Assembly (NCBI RefSeq): GCF_032191835.1 | Contig: NC_083243.1 | Span: 44,950,001-45,014,000 of the forward strand | Source of the DNA: Heteronotia binoei | Taxonomy: Eukaryota | Direction: 5' to 3' | DNA: 64,000 bases | Translations under genes and position numbers: made by a program | In this document: positions 50,789 through 63,079 of the stretch, one piece after another | Numbering within the stretch: the stretch's first letter is position 1 | Layout of the letters: each line of letters begins with the position of its first letter | Notes under the pieces: generated by a model | What the model was told of the DNA's origin: nothing | The model's database searches: none | What the model saw: only the letters and a program-made list of their open reading frames with translations

Positions 50789-51503
50789 TTAAATAGAGTC
50801 CATATTTTCTTCCAAATTAACATAGACTTCCTCAGTACATTCACGGGTTGTCCTTGGAGGGATGAGAGGAGAGCATTCCTTTCTCTTATTAACTCTTGAT
50901 ATAGGGGAGGAGGGAGTTAACTTGGATATTAGTATCTCACCAGAGGCTGCGTCATATGCTGTAAACGAAGTGGAGCCTTTTTGGACACATAGGGTGTTTT
51001 CGCACTTACCTTTTACTGGCGCGACGACCCTCCTCACGCCGGCGGATCTGCAGTGATTTCGCACTAGAAGCGCCGGCGCAGCCCATTGCTCCGGCTACTT
51101 CCGTCGCTAAGCCAGCGCAAACGGAAACCGCCAAGAAGCAGGAAAACGTTTGCGCTGGCTTAGCGACGGAAGTAGCCGGCTCTTTGGGCTGCGCCGGCGC
51201 TTCTAGTGCGAAATCACTGCAGATCCGCCGGCGTGAGGAGGGTCGTCGCGCCAGTAAAACGTAAGTGCGAAAACACCCATAGTTTGCCTGATTGTAGCCA
51301 TTTATATTTAATTTTTAAGTCCCGCAATTTGGCAGTTGTGTCCTTAAGGTCTCTTCTGATTCTTAAAAATTCAGCAGGGAGATCCGGAAACACCTGAATC
51401 TTTAACCCCTGGTAGTCCAGGCCTCTTCTCTCCCTAGCCTCTGCAAAGACTCTTTGCCTCATTCGATAATCCTTAAACTGCACCACAATATCTCTGGTAT
51501 AAG
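50789..51503 (-). pseudogene. L1 ORF1p (RRM end and CTD) split by a MITE; frame is continuous once MITE and one TSD are removed
   Basis: Rejoined translation ...KWLQSGKLCVQKGSTSFTAYDAASGEILISKL...NMDSI*. Confidence 0.8.
50992..51278. mobile_element. Palindromic PIF/Harbinger-like MITE, subfamily B (287 bp)
   Basis: GGGTGTTTTCGCACTTAC...GTAAGTGCGAAAACACCC; TSD ATA (50989-50991, 51279-51281), supported by restoration of the host ORF1 frame. Confidence 0.9.
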
Positions 51504-53591
51504 ACAGTTTAGGAGAGTTGTGGAGTTTAGGATTTCTCTTTAAATGCACTTTTGGCCTAAAAAGTTCAGTAGAGCTCTTCTGAAAGACTGCCTCTCCTTG
51601 CATGTTCCCAGGCAGCAGCTTTGTTCTTCCCAGCAGGGTCTACTGATGGTGCCCCCTTTGTCTAGAATGTGATCTGTAAGAGGTGAAATTGAGTCAAATT
51701 TTTCAATGGTTGCCCTACACCTGTGGAACAGCCTCCCAGAAGATTTTAAAGGTTTTCTGCTCTCTTGGGTTTGAGGCTGATGAGTCTGGGGAATATGTGC
51801 ATAAAGTGTTTGAACATGCTGTTTCAATGTATTTATTTTTTTATCTTATATATATAATTTAATATGATTTTACTGTATTTTATTTTACTATTACCCTACT
51901 TGGGTTCTGACTTGTTCAGGAGAAAGGCAGTGATATATATATTTTAAACAAGTAAATTCTTGGATTCTTAAGAAAGTCCCTTACGAATGAACTTCGTGGC
52001 CATTCTTAGGGCTGCCAGCCATTGGTGGAAAACTGGAAGTCCTAACTGTACAGTGTATGGAATAGAGAGTAATACCAGCAGGAGGGATGTCAATGGCTGC
52101 TTCCATATCAAGAAGATCCTTATTGTTGTACTGAGGTACAACCACCATCATGCCTGCCTGGATGCTATCAGCAGCTTCCTGATTGTACAGACAGGCTGCA
52201 GTTCCATATTCCTATGATGAAGATCATGACTTCAACTTTTTTTAAAAAAAGGTAAATTATAGATACAGCCACAGTCCAGTTTGGGAACACTGGGAAGGGC
52301 ATTTACAACTGCTATGTATTTTCATTCTTAAAATGCAACTGTCACACCATAGTGGGGGAAAAATGCAAACAGCCATCCAGCTACCCTGTACATCTCCAAA
52401 ATAGTGAAGATGTATCTGATTCTGTGCTTTACATCACATCTGCTTTGGCCCTAAAAGAAGCATTACAAAATAATATGTCAGCATTATGCTTTTGAATGGT
52501 GAAAAACTCCATTATTCTATGCAACGGCACCATAGTGTTACAGCAGCAGCACCCTGTTATCCCAGAAATAGCTAGGTAGGAGTTCTCAGGCATTCCACAC
52601 AACTACTAATTCGTTTTGAAAAGAATTTTCCACCTCCAAAAGTATATAGCACTAATAATTACAGAAACAAGATGGTTAATTAGCCCAAATTACTGTGAGT
52701 TCCAGTTTATAGCTTCAGGAAGTCATTACCAATTTATCAGCTTGGGTTGTTGCAAATGTTAATAGATATCACCTCTAACAGTGAGTTTTTCTTTGGGGTG
52801 GGGTGGTGGTAAAACCATTTAAAAAGTCTATACAATCCCAATCTTGATTGTTGCTACAGAAATGTAAGGGAGTCCTTTGGGTGTTTATTATTTATAAACA
52901 AGCACAGTGAACAAACTTTTACACCAGCTCCCTGCATTTTTTTAACTCCTTGGATCTTAGGTCTTGTGATGATGGAGGTGGCTTGAAGGTCCACAGACTA
53001 TTTTATTTATTTATTTAGGCTTTGTGAGAGGTGCCTATTTCAATATGTTGGTTAGATTTATTTATTTTTTAAAAAATCATTAAGTGTGGCATAGTGGCAT
53101 GGGTCATTTTGTAGAAAAATATGTGGTGGAGCTCATCCAGGGATTGCTATGCAGCTACACATACTATTCAATGGACAAAGAGGTGAAACTCTCAGAAGGA
53201 GGAGGTGGAACTCTCAGAAAGCTTCAGGAGCTGTGCTCCTGTGAGCTCCCCCTGAATCTGAGGCCTGCATAGTGGTAAAATTATCAGACTACGATCTGGG
53301 AGACCCAGGTTCAAATCCCCACTCGTGCCATGGAAGCTCAGGGTGACCTTGGGCCAAACCCACTGCCTTAGCCTAAACTACCTCACAGGGTTGTTGTGAG
53401 GATAGAATGTAGGAGAGGAGAATTATATCAACTATTTCGGGTCGCTATTGGAAGAAAATCAGGGTATAAATAAATTAAATTAAATCGCAGAGATACAGTT
53501 AGAAATAAAGATTTAAAGAAATGACTCTGGGTTTGTGTTGGTTGGATTTTTAATTATTTTAGTCTTATTTTGCAAGCTGTTTCAAGCAGAT

Positions 53592-53593
53592 GA

Positions 53594-53677
<84 letters not shown>

Positions 53678-53679
53678 AA
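53592..53679 (+). repeat. (GAAA)22 microsatellite
   Basis: Direct reading. Confidence 0.95.
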
Positions 53680-56156
53680 AAATCTGTTTGTTCTACTGAT
53701 TGGCCTTCAGAATGAGCAACTGGACACATCTAGCCCTTCATTTCACACCTTCTAGACACCCATCTTGTTCAGATCTCAGATAATATGAGTCTCAATATGA
53801 GTCTGAAATTACTTTAAATGAAGTTGATAATCCTTTTTATTGATTGATTTGGATGTCATCATTCTGAACTTTTTGCTTTTGCTCCTTAGTTTTACCATCG
53901 TGTTTGTTCCTTTTAGACTATTTGTATCCCTGTATGAAGTCTTTGAGTACTTGCACTGTCTGAAGTGGCACACAAAGTGTCTGTAGCAGCTGATATATGC
54001 AAGTCACCACTTATTCATTTAAAGTACGGTATTTCTTATATTGATTTTCTCCCTGGCAGGAAGCTAATACAGCTCACAGATAATCCCAACACAGTTTAAA
54101 TAAACACTTTAAATTAACAAAATACAGTGCAAATTAAAAAAAAAAAAACCAGGAAAGAAAAAGGTATACAAAAGATCCAGGCTTGATCTAGTATTCACCA
54201 GAGTGGTTCATTAAGGTCACAGTCATGAACTAAAAACCAAGAAGCAAGGGCCTCTGGCCATATTCAGACTTTCAGTACTTGCAAAAGGAAGGAAGCAAAA
54301 ACTCAACTTGGGCCTTGAGCAATTGGCAGCTATCTTCTCATTCCCCACCCCAGAAGAGTCTCTGGCCATGCCTACTTAATGCTTTAATCATGAATGATGC
54401 AGTTTGCAGATGAAAACATGCTAATACAGAGCTCCTGACTTTTTGTGTGATGGTACTCAGCTGTGGAGAGTACCATCACACAAACAGTCATGAGTCTGGG
54501 GGGGGGGGGGGGGGAGAAGGTTCTCCAAAGTCCTAAGGAGGGAAAATCAGTACAAACATATATATGAATATTGGCAAAACACATGCACACGCACACACAC
54601 ACACACAGAAGAAAGCACTGCTCAGACCTAATAATAATAAGCCAAACAACTGTATCTCTTGCTATTTTTTTTTTTTTTGTCCACACTTCCTCTTGAACCA
54701 GTGAGGTTGGAAAGGTACTATCAGAAAACTGAGAGGAATGAGAAATAAATAGATGGAGTTTGGAAAATCTGCAGAATTTTCACTAGGAAAGTTAAGAACA
54801 AATGTCCCTTTTCTCTGGGATTATCACTGCTCCCACCTGCTTAAGGGAGTTATCGATACTGATGGGATGGCAGCAATTAGCTAGTTCTTATCCTCAGTCA
54901 AAACTATCTGCATGCCTAGCAACTAACACACCTCCATAAGGGAAACTGCCCCCCCCCCCCAGCAATAATGTCTATAAATAGGTCTGGAAACAAAGGGTGG
55001 TTTCACACAGGAGATTTGCCCTGACCTAGCTCCACCTCCCATTCAGATTAAAAGTGCACAATCACATAAGTACATCTGCCCTCCGAGCCGCAACCGTACT
55101 CACCCCATCTCCAGATGCCTCCTATCCGCATCAAAAAGCTACCTGGATTTTCCTGGTACCATCCCACTGAATCAGATGTAGGTTGCATAATCGGCTGCTG
55201 TCTGAATGCCCTGGGGTGACTCATAAGCAGAAGAGCTGTGTGATCACACCAAGCCATTTCTGGCAAGGTCAGGTCCCCCCCCCCCAACTCCTCTTAGAGG
55301 TGCACATGTGCTTGTGTGCTTCTCTGATTGAGCGCACACAAAGGGGCCTTTTTAAAAAAGACAACCTTTTCCACAGCAGGTCCATGGTTGAGCCGGGCTA
55401 AGCAGTGTGAATGTGCAATCACTGACCACTGCCAGGATCCTGCCACTTCAGCAGCAGCTGTCTGATAGCTCAGAAACTGTTCAAGCTGAAGTGGATTTTT
55501 TTGCAACGGGATAAAATCATGTCAATGTGAAACCAGTCAAACTGAATGAAGTTGTATAAAGGAGAGTAGTTACTGGCACAGCAATGTCATACACATTCTC
55601 ATTATTTAGTGGGTATTTCACTACAGGCCCAATGTTGTCCAGTTTTGTCATATCCTGGTAATACCAGAAAAGCAACAAAGCATTCAAGTTGTTTCATACA
55701 AAGGCTTGAAAGAAAAGGCAGATGATTATTAAAATGTCTCAGCCTGATAACTGTTGAGTATTACCTTGAAAGACCTGACCTGGATGGCCCAGGCTAGATC
55801 CACCTTGCCAGATCTAAGAAGGTAATCAAGGTCGGCCATGGTTTAGTATGTGGATGGGAGACCAGTTAGGAAGTCAAAGGTCACTATGCAGAGGCAGATA
55901 ATAAGCCACCTATGTTTGTCTCCTACCTTGGAAACCTAACAGGATCGCCATAAGGCAACTGCAACTTGATTACACTTTACACACACACAGTACCTTAAAA
56001 AACATGTTGGAAAATAGGTTTATGTTTATTTCTGACATATTGCACACACCATTGGTCACATCCAACACTCCTTTTTACAGTTGAGTCTACTGCAATATCA
56101 GTTGCTGCTTTTTCAGTTTTGTACCATTTGTGCCACTTTTTGTTCAGTCTGCTAAT

Positions 56157-56728
56157 CTGTTTGGTGTAGTGGTTAAGTGTGCAGACTCTTATCTGGGAGA
56201 ACCGGGTTTGATTCCCCACTTCTCCACTTGCACCTGCTAGAATGGCCTTGGGTCAGCCGTAGCTCTGGCAGAGGTTGTCCTTGAAAGGGCAGCTGCTGTG
56301 AGAACCCTCTCCAGCCCCACCGACCTCACAGGGGCTGATTTCGCACTGACCTTTTACTGGCGCGACCACCCTCCTCACGCCGGCGGATCTGCAGGGATTT
56401 CGCACCAGAAGCGCCGGCGCAGCCAAAAGAGCCGGCAACTTCCGTCGCGAAACCCGCTCAAATGGAAACCGCCAAGAAGCAGGAAAACGTTTGAGCGGGT
56501 TTCGCGATGGAAGTAGCCGGCTCTTTTGGCTGCGCCGGCGCTTCTGGTGCGAAATCCCTGCAGATCCGCCGGCGTGAGGAGGGTGGTCGTGCCAGTAAAA
56601 GGTCAGTGCGGAAACGCCCAGGGTGTCTGTTGTGGGGGAGGAAGGTAAAGGAGATTGTGAGCTGCTCTGAGACTCTTCAGAGTGGAGGGCGGGATATAAA
56701 TCCAATATCTTCATCTTCTTCTTCTTCT
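56157..56728 (+). mobile_element. Squam3-like SINE with nested Harbinger-like MITE
   Basis: SINE body is split at CCTCAC-AGG-GTGTCTG. Confidence 0.85.
56333..56619. mobile_element. Palindromic PIF/Harbinger-like MITE, subfamily B (287 bp)
   Basis: Long inverted arms similar to 50992-51278. TSD AGG (56330-56332, 56620-56622) restores the SINE sequence seen in other copies. Confidence 0.85.
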
Positions 56729-58205
56729 GCTTCTAGAACAATTGTTGGCAAGACATACATGTTTTTACATCTCCGCTACATAGACACCAAACAAACAAAT
56801 GAAAAACGCATTAGGAAAGACTGAAGTTCCCCTCATTTATTTCTTCATATACTTGCTTATGCTTTTGCCAATGTTTTCACTTCTCATATACAAGACATTA
56901 GACAGTATTCATACCATGACATTTATAATTATCATGGTGGTGCAGCAATAACACTGGAAATGTAAACACTTGATGAGGAAAATGTGGTACAAGGAAACAA
57001 AATGGAATGAAACCAAAGAATCATAGGTCTGAGTCACACACAGAGGAATCAAAATGAAGATTTTCAGGTTGTGATAGCAGAAATTTTTGAAAATCTAAAA
57101 AGCGTTCTTTAGTTACTTAACTGCTAAATTGTTCCAAACTGGCAGCAGGTTTGAAAATATCATTTTTAAAAAGTTAAAAATAAATGTTCAGTATAACACA
57201 TACCATTTGTATCTAAGATGCTTCCACTGACCAGTGATTAAGACATGCCTTGCACTGCTTAGAAATGAAATTAATCTAGCTGCAAATTATAAAAGACACA
57301 TGTAATGCATCACACATTATTCAGTTATGCCACCAAGGGTTTTTGTTTTTTTTTGCAGTTTCATGTCCCATCTCCTATATGCCAACATAAAGAAAATAAG
57401 AACTATCTTCAAAAAAGGGGGATAGGTTTCTCACATCCCTAAGCATCTGAAAGTACTGGGTTTTGTTTTTGTTTTTTTTTAAAAAACAGAAGAGGAAAGT
57501 ATAATGGAATGAACTTGCTTGCACAGTAGACATAATGATGGCTGTAGACATAATGATACAGTAGACACAATAGACATAATGATACAAGTGGCTTTAAAAG
57601 AGGATGAGATTCATGTAGGAAAGTCCATCAATGTCTACTAGCCATCATGACTAAAGGGGAACCTCTACATTAAGAGGCAGTAAACTTCTTAATACCAATG
57701 CTGGGAATTAACATCAGGGGACAACTTGGGCCTCTATGTCCCATTTGTTTGCCTTCCAGGGAAGCTGTTGATCATTGTGTGAAACAGGAAGCTAGATTAG
57801 ATGAACCACTGGTGTGAAACAGTAGTGCCAGTTAATAATCAGGTTATGCTTTGTGGCAGTGTACTGAAGGGAGTTAGCAGTCTGGATTCAGAACTGGGGG
57901 CCGCAGTTGGAAAGTGTGTTGCTGGGTATCCTCAGGTAAGTCACAATTTCTGAGCCTAACCTACCTCAATTGTTGTGATGATAACACAGAGATGGAAGGA
58001 TCACGTGTGCCATCCTCAACTCCTCCGAGGAAGGGTGAAATAAAAATGTACTACATAAACAGAGGATATATAGTTTGTTACCCTGTCTAAATTACATTGT
58101 TCTCATTGCCTCAAAGCAGGTATAATACTAGTTTGTAGGGACAATGTGAACCACAGGTTTGTTTTTTTTAATAGAAAAAGCCCAGCAGGAACTCATTTAA
58201 AAAAC

Positions 58206-59036
58206 TCATAGAATCATAGAGTGGGAAGGGATCTTCAGGGTCATCTAGTCCAACCCTTTACACAATGCAGGAAATTCACAAATACCTCCTTCTAACTTCA
58301 CAGGATCCGCATTGCTGTCAGATAGCCATCCAGCCTCTGTCTAAAAACCTCCAAAGAAGAACCCACCACCTCCCAAGGAAGCCTGTTCCACTGAGGAACC
58401 ACTCTAACAGCCAGGAAGTTCTTCCTAATATTGAGCCGGAAACTCTTTTGATTTGATTTCAACCTGTTGATTCTGGTGCTACCTTCTGCGGCCACAGAAA
58501 ATAATTCCACACCATCGTCTATAGGACAGCACTTGAAGATGGTGATCATATCACCTCTCAGCCACCTCCTCTCCAGGCTAAACATGTCCAACTCCTTCAG
58601 CTTTTTGTCATAGGACTTGGTCTCTAGACCCCTCATCATCTTTATTGCCCTCCTCTGGACCCGTTCCAGCTTGTCTATAAACTTCTTAAAATGTGGTGCC
58701 CAAAACTGGACACAGTACTCCATGTGAGGTCTTACCAGAGCAGAGTAAAGCGATACCATCACTTCACATGATCTGGACACTATACTTCTGTTGTTACAGC
58801 CCAATATTGCATTAGCCACTGCATCACACTGTTGACTCATGTTCACCGTATGGTCCACTAAAACCCCTAGATCTTTTTCGCACATACTAATGTCCAGACA
58901 AGTCTCCCCTATCTTATAACTATGCATGGGAATTTTCTTACCTAAATGCAGAACTTTACATTTATCCCTGTTAACATTCATTTTATTGGTTTCAGCCCAG
59001 TTTTCCAGCCTGTCAAGATCATCCTGGATCCTATTT
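58206..59036 (-). mobile_element. CR1 LINE, 3' piece
   Basis: DKCKVLHLG, RPHMEYCVQFW; tail ...TCTATGATTCTATGAG. Confidence 0.92.
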
Positions 59037-62000
59037 TTTATTTATTTTAGTAAATTTCTATTCTGCCCATTCCCCATAGGGCTCAGGGTGGAGTACAACA
59101 TATAATAAAACAATAAAATACAATAGAAACATTTTAAAACAGACAACTCAACAGCACTCAGATTACCATGACATCACATATTGCCCAGCCTAGCCATCTC
59201 ACATCAGGATATCTCATAGGAATGGCAGTTTTTATTCCAGTTCCTAGCACAAATGATAGTGCTGACTGGGAAGACCAACCAGATCAAGAATAAACACCTG
59301 CAGCTTCAGCTAAAAACCTGGTGGAACAGCTCCATTTTATAGGCCCTACGGAAGGCTAATAAGCCAGGTAGGGTCCGAATCTCAATAGGCTGGGGCCAGG
59401 ACTGAAAAACCCCTGGCCCTAGTTGAGGTGAGGTGGGCGTCTCTTGGGCCGGGGATGGCCAACAGATGTTGGGAGGTCAAATGTAACAACCTCCTGGGTA
59501 TATATGGAAAGAGACGGTCCTGCAGATATGTTGGTCCCAGGCCGCGTAAGGCTTTAAATGTTAGCACTAGAACCTTGAAGTGGATCTGGTACTCAATGGG
59601 CAGCTAGTGCAGACTGCAGAGCGCCGGCCAAACGCCCACCCGTAAAGGTGATGCAGTCAGCAGGTGAGCCGCCGCACTCTGCACCCACTGCGGTTTCCGG
59701 ATCAGTCTCAAGGGTAAGCCAGCGTAGAGCGAGTTACAGTAGTCTAGTCTGGAAGTGACCATTGCATGGATCACTATAGCCAGGTCCTGGGGGGATAGAT
59801 ATGGTTCTAGCTGCCTGATCTGCCAAAGATAACAAAAGGCAGACCTGGCAACCATCATGATCTGGGCCTCCATGGAAAGTGAGGCATCCAAGGTCACTCC
59901 CAAGCTCCTCACCTTTTGGGTTGGCAGCAATGTGGCACCTTCCAAAGCTGGAAGCTTAATGCCCATACCCACCCCACCCCAACTCAGGTACAGAACCTCC
60001 ATCTTAGCTGGATTCAGCTTCAGCCAGCTCTGTTGTAACCACCTAGCCAAGGCTCCCAATGCCTTGGACAACTGGTCAGGGGCGGTGACTGGCCAGCCAC
60101 TCATCAATAGATAGAGCTGGGTGGCAAACCAGTCCAAAACCTTGGGCAATCTGGGCAAGGGGGCGCATATAGATGTGAAATAATATTGGCAAGAGAATGG
60201 CTCCCTGCGGCACTCCACATATAAGTGGATGCCGCAAGGAAGTCTGCTCGCCAAGTACCATGCTTTGTCCCCGTCCCCGGAGAAAGGAGGAAAACTATTG
60301 TAGGGCCACCCCCCCCCCTGAACTCCAGCAATGGTGAGGCAGTGGGTCATAAGGTCATAATCGACCATGTCAAATGCTGCTGACAGATCAAGAAGTATCA
60401 GCAGCGCTGACCCACCTTGATCCAGATGCCATCTTGTGAGAGCGACTAGGACATTCTCCGCCCCATGGCCCGGGCGAAAGCCAGACTGGAATGGGTCCAA
60501 GGTGGATGTCTCATACAGGAAAACAGGCAACTGCTCCACCACCACTTTCTCAACTACCTTAGCCAGAAGCGGTAAATTCAAAACTCGGCGGTAGTTGGCC
60601 AAGACCCCAGGGACTAATGATGGTTTTTCAAAAGTGGATGAACCACTGCCTCCTTCAATTTCTCTGGGAAGGTCCCTGTTGAAAGGGACAAGTTGACAAT
60701 ATCACCCAGAGAATCCCTGATACCATCCCAACTGGCTTTCACCAGCCAGGATGGACAGGGATCCAGGGGGCAAGTGGTAGGCTTCACTGCAGCCAGGATC
60801 CTGTCCACATCCTCCGATAAGAGCCTGCTGAAGCAATCTAATATAGGACCAGAAGATGGCCAAGGGACTTCCAGCTCGGATACTGTATCAATCCTGGCAG
60901 GTAGGTCCTGGCAGAGAGTCAGGTTTTTATCCGTGAAATATGTTGCAAAAGCCTCAGAGCCAATATCCAATTCTCTACCATTTTGATTGCCTGATGGCAA
61001 GACTGTTAATGATGAAATTACTCTAAAAAGTTGGGCTTGGCGTGACTTCGCAGACTCTATGCATAGAACTCCTTCTTAGCGGACTTCATAGCCCCATTAT
61101 AGACCTTCATAAATGCTCTATAACGGGTGGCCAATGGTAGCTCTCCAGATGTTTTTGCCTACAACTCCCATCAGCCCCAGCCAGCATGGCCAATGACTGG
61201 GGCTGATGGAAGTTGTAGGCAAAAACATCTGGAGAGCTACTGTTGGTCACCCCTGCTCTATAAGAGGTTCTTGACTCTTCATCACAAGCACATCGCCACA
61301 CTCACTCCAGCCATATAAGTTGCCGTTTCATCCTCAGCAGCTCCAGGGCATCGGGGAGCGATGTCATCGATGGCGGTGGAGAACCAGGAGTACCAGTCCT
61401 CCACTAACTCATTCAATGACCCGCCAGGGGGGCATCGAATCCCACAGGGTCCCCTGAAACTGCTGTGGGTCCATTTGCCTCCACAGGCAAGCATAAATCC
61501 GCTCACTGCCTAAACGGGAGAGAAGTTTCAGGTCTAACCAGGCTTTCAGGGCATAATGATCTGACCATGAAACCGGTTCCGCTGTCACCAGATCTGGTAA
61601 TATACCTGCCCCAAAGATCAAATCCAGCGTGTGATTGGCCTGATGCATAGGAGCTGATACAAATTGGCTGAGTCCTAGTGTCTCCATGGACAACACCAGG
61701 TCCTGTGCCTGCTGAGATGCTGCGTCATCAACATGGACATTGAAATCCCACAGAACTAATAACCTGGGGAAGTCCAATGTCCAGGTGGACACAGCATCCA
61801 GCAGGGCAGGCAGGCTTTCTGGTGGTGCAGTAGGCAGTCGGTATACCACGTAGATTGCCAAACTCTCCTCAGCTTCCCACACTAGGCCGACACACTCAAT
61901 GCCAGCAATGTTTGGGGAGGAAGCGCCCTGAAAGAAAAAGAATCCCGGATAAACACAGCAACTCCCCCCCCCCCCCCCCGCCCATTTGTCCAAGACTGGA

Positions 62001-63079
62001 GGACAGAGAACCTGAGTGGGATAAGCTGATCTAAGGCATCAGTGTCAACTTTCCACACCCAGGTCTTGGTCATACATGCCAGGTCCACCTGCTGCTCCTT
62101 GAGAAAATCTTGCAGAGTAGCGATCTTATTATTGATGGACCTGGCATTAATCAACACCAGTGTCAGAGATGGGATCTTCCTAGCCCCACAACCAACATGC
62201 CTCAGGATGGGACATAGGTGGGAAAGGGTCCGAGCATTTCCATATCTCTGGCCCCTTCCTTGTCTTCGCACTCTATGCCCACAACCATACCTTCCTTGCC
62301 CCTCAATGACCAGTATCCCCGACCCTAACATGGCCTCCCCAGTGTAGTGCTATCAGGCCAGGCAATGACCCTGCTAACATTTACTGATGGGCCAAAATGT
62401 AGACCTTCTATACCTCTGCCCACTTCCCTCCTATACCCACTCCCCACCGACCCCTGACAATCACAATCTACCCTTCTCACTCTCCCAACAAATTCAGTGC
62501 ACTAGCTATCAAAAAACACATTACAATCTATACTTAAAAACCTAATTTGATACCATTAATATGTACAATAATTAATCAGTTTCCACAGCCAAATTTCCCT
62601 AGCTATAATCTATTTTATCAGTTAACTAACTGACCACTAAAAATTCCAATTTAGTCAATTAATAATGATAAACTCTAACACAATCAATAAATAATCACAA
62701 TCTGTAGAACTAACAATAACTTACATTAATGGTTACAAAAATACAATTCATTAGCATAGATAAAACTAACATCTTGCTACTATGAGGTAGATAGTTATGA
62801 GTACCAATTATCAATCACTAGGTGTTAAGTGCTAAATCTAAAGTGCTGTGTGCTGATGAAATTTAATAATTAAAGGCGGTCATAACAGTCCCAGGAACAT
62901 AAAGGACTTCTACATTGGTCATAAAAACAGTTCACAGCAAGAATCTCCCCAACCAATCTCATCTTCTCTTCTTTGATGTTTAAAGTTGTAATGTTAGCCC
63001 TCTTCCAAAACAGACCAATAGACTTTAAATCCTTTTGCAGGAGTGACCAAAGGAGAAGGAGCAGAATACAATTATAGTG
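59037..63079 (-). mobile_element. L2 LINE (~4 kb) inserted into CR1; decayed ORF2 (APE endonuclease and RT) starting ~62331
   Basis: IEGQGRYG, VLINARSINNK, DLACMTKTW, LVLWDFNVH, PTTCPLDPCPSWL, NYRRVLNLPLLAKVVEKVV, DPFQSGFRPGHG, LLDLSAAFDMVD, RLDYCNSLY; A-rich L2 tail at ~59040; TSD TATTT. Confidence 0.85.
61114..61255. mobile_element. Small palindromic hAT MITE nested in L2
   Basis: Perfect 8-bp TSD CTCTATAA (61106-61113, 61256-61263). Confidence 0.9.

Larger units (their letters stand above)
50201..51503 (-). mobile_element. 5'-truncated L1-derived retroposon: ORF1 3' half, 3' UTR and poly(A), no ORF2 (HAL1-like)
   Basis: 36-bp TSD (50165-50200, 51504-51539). ORF1p motifs RDIVVQF, GLDYQGLKIQVFPDLPAEFLRIRR, KYKWLQSGKL. 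AATAAA and A-tail at ~50202-50233 on the minus strand. Confidence 0.8.

Noticed and set aside
51504-51603. N-terminal part of the 129-aa ORF (MQGEAV...PKL) as L1 ORF1
   Set aside because: Consists of the TSD and flanking DNA.
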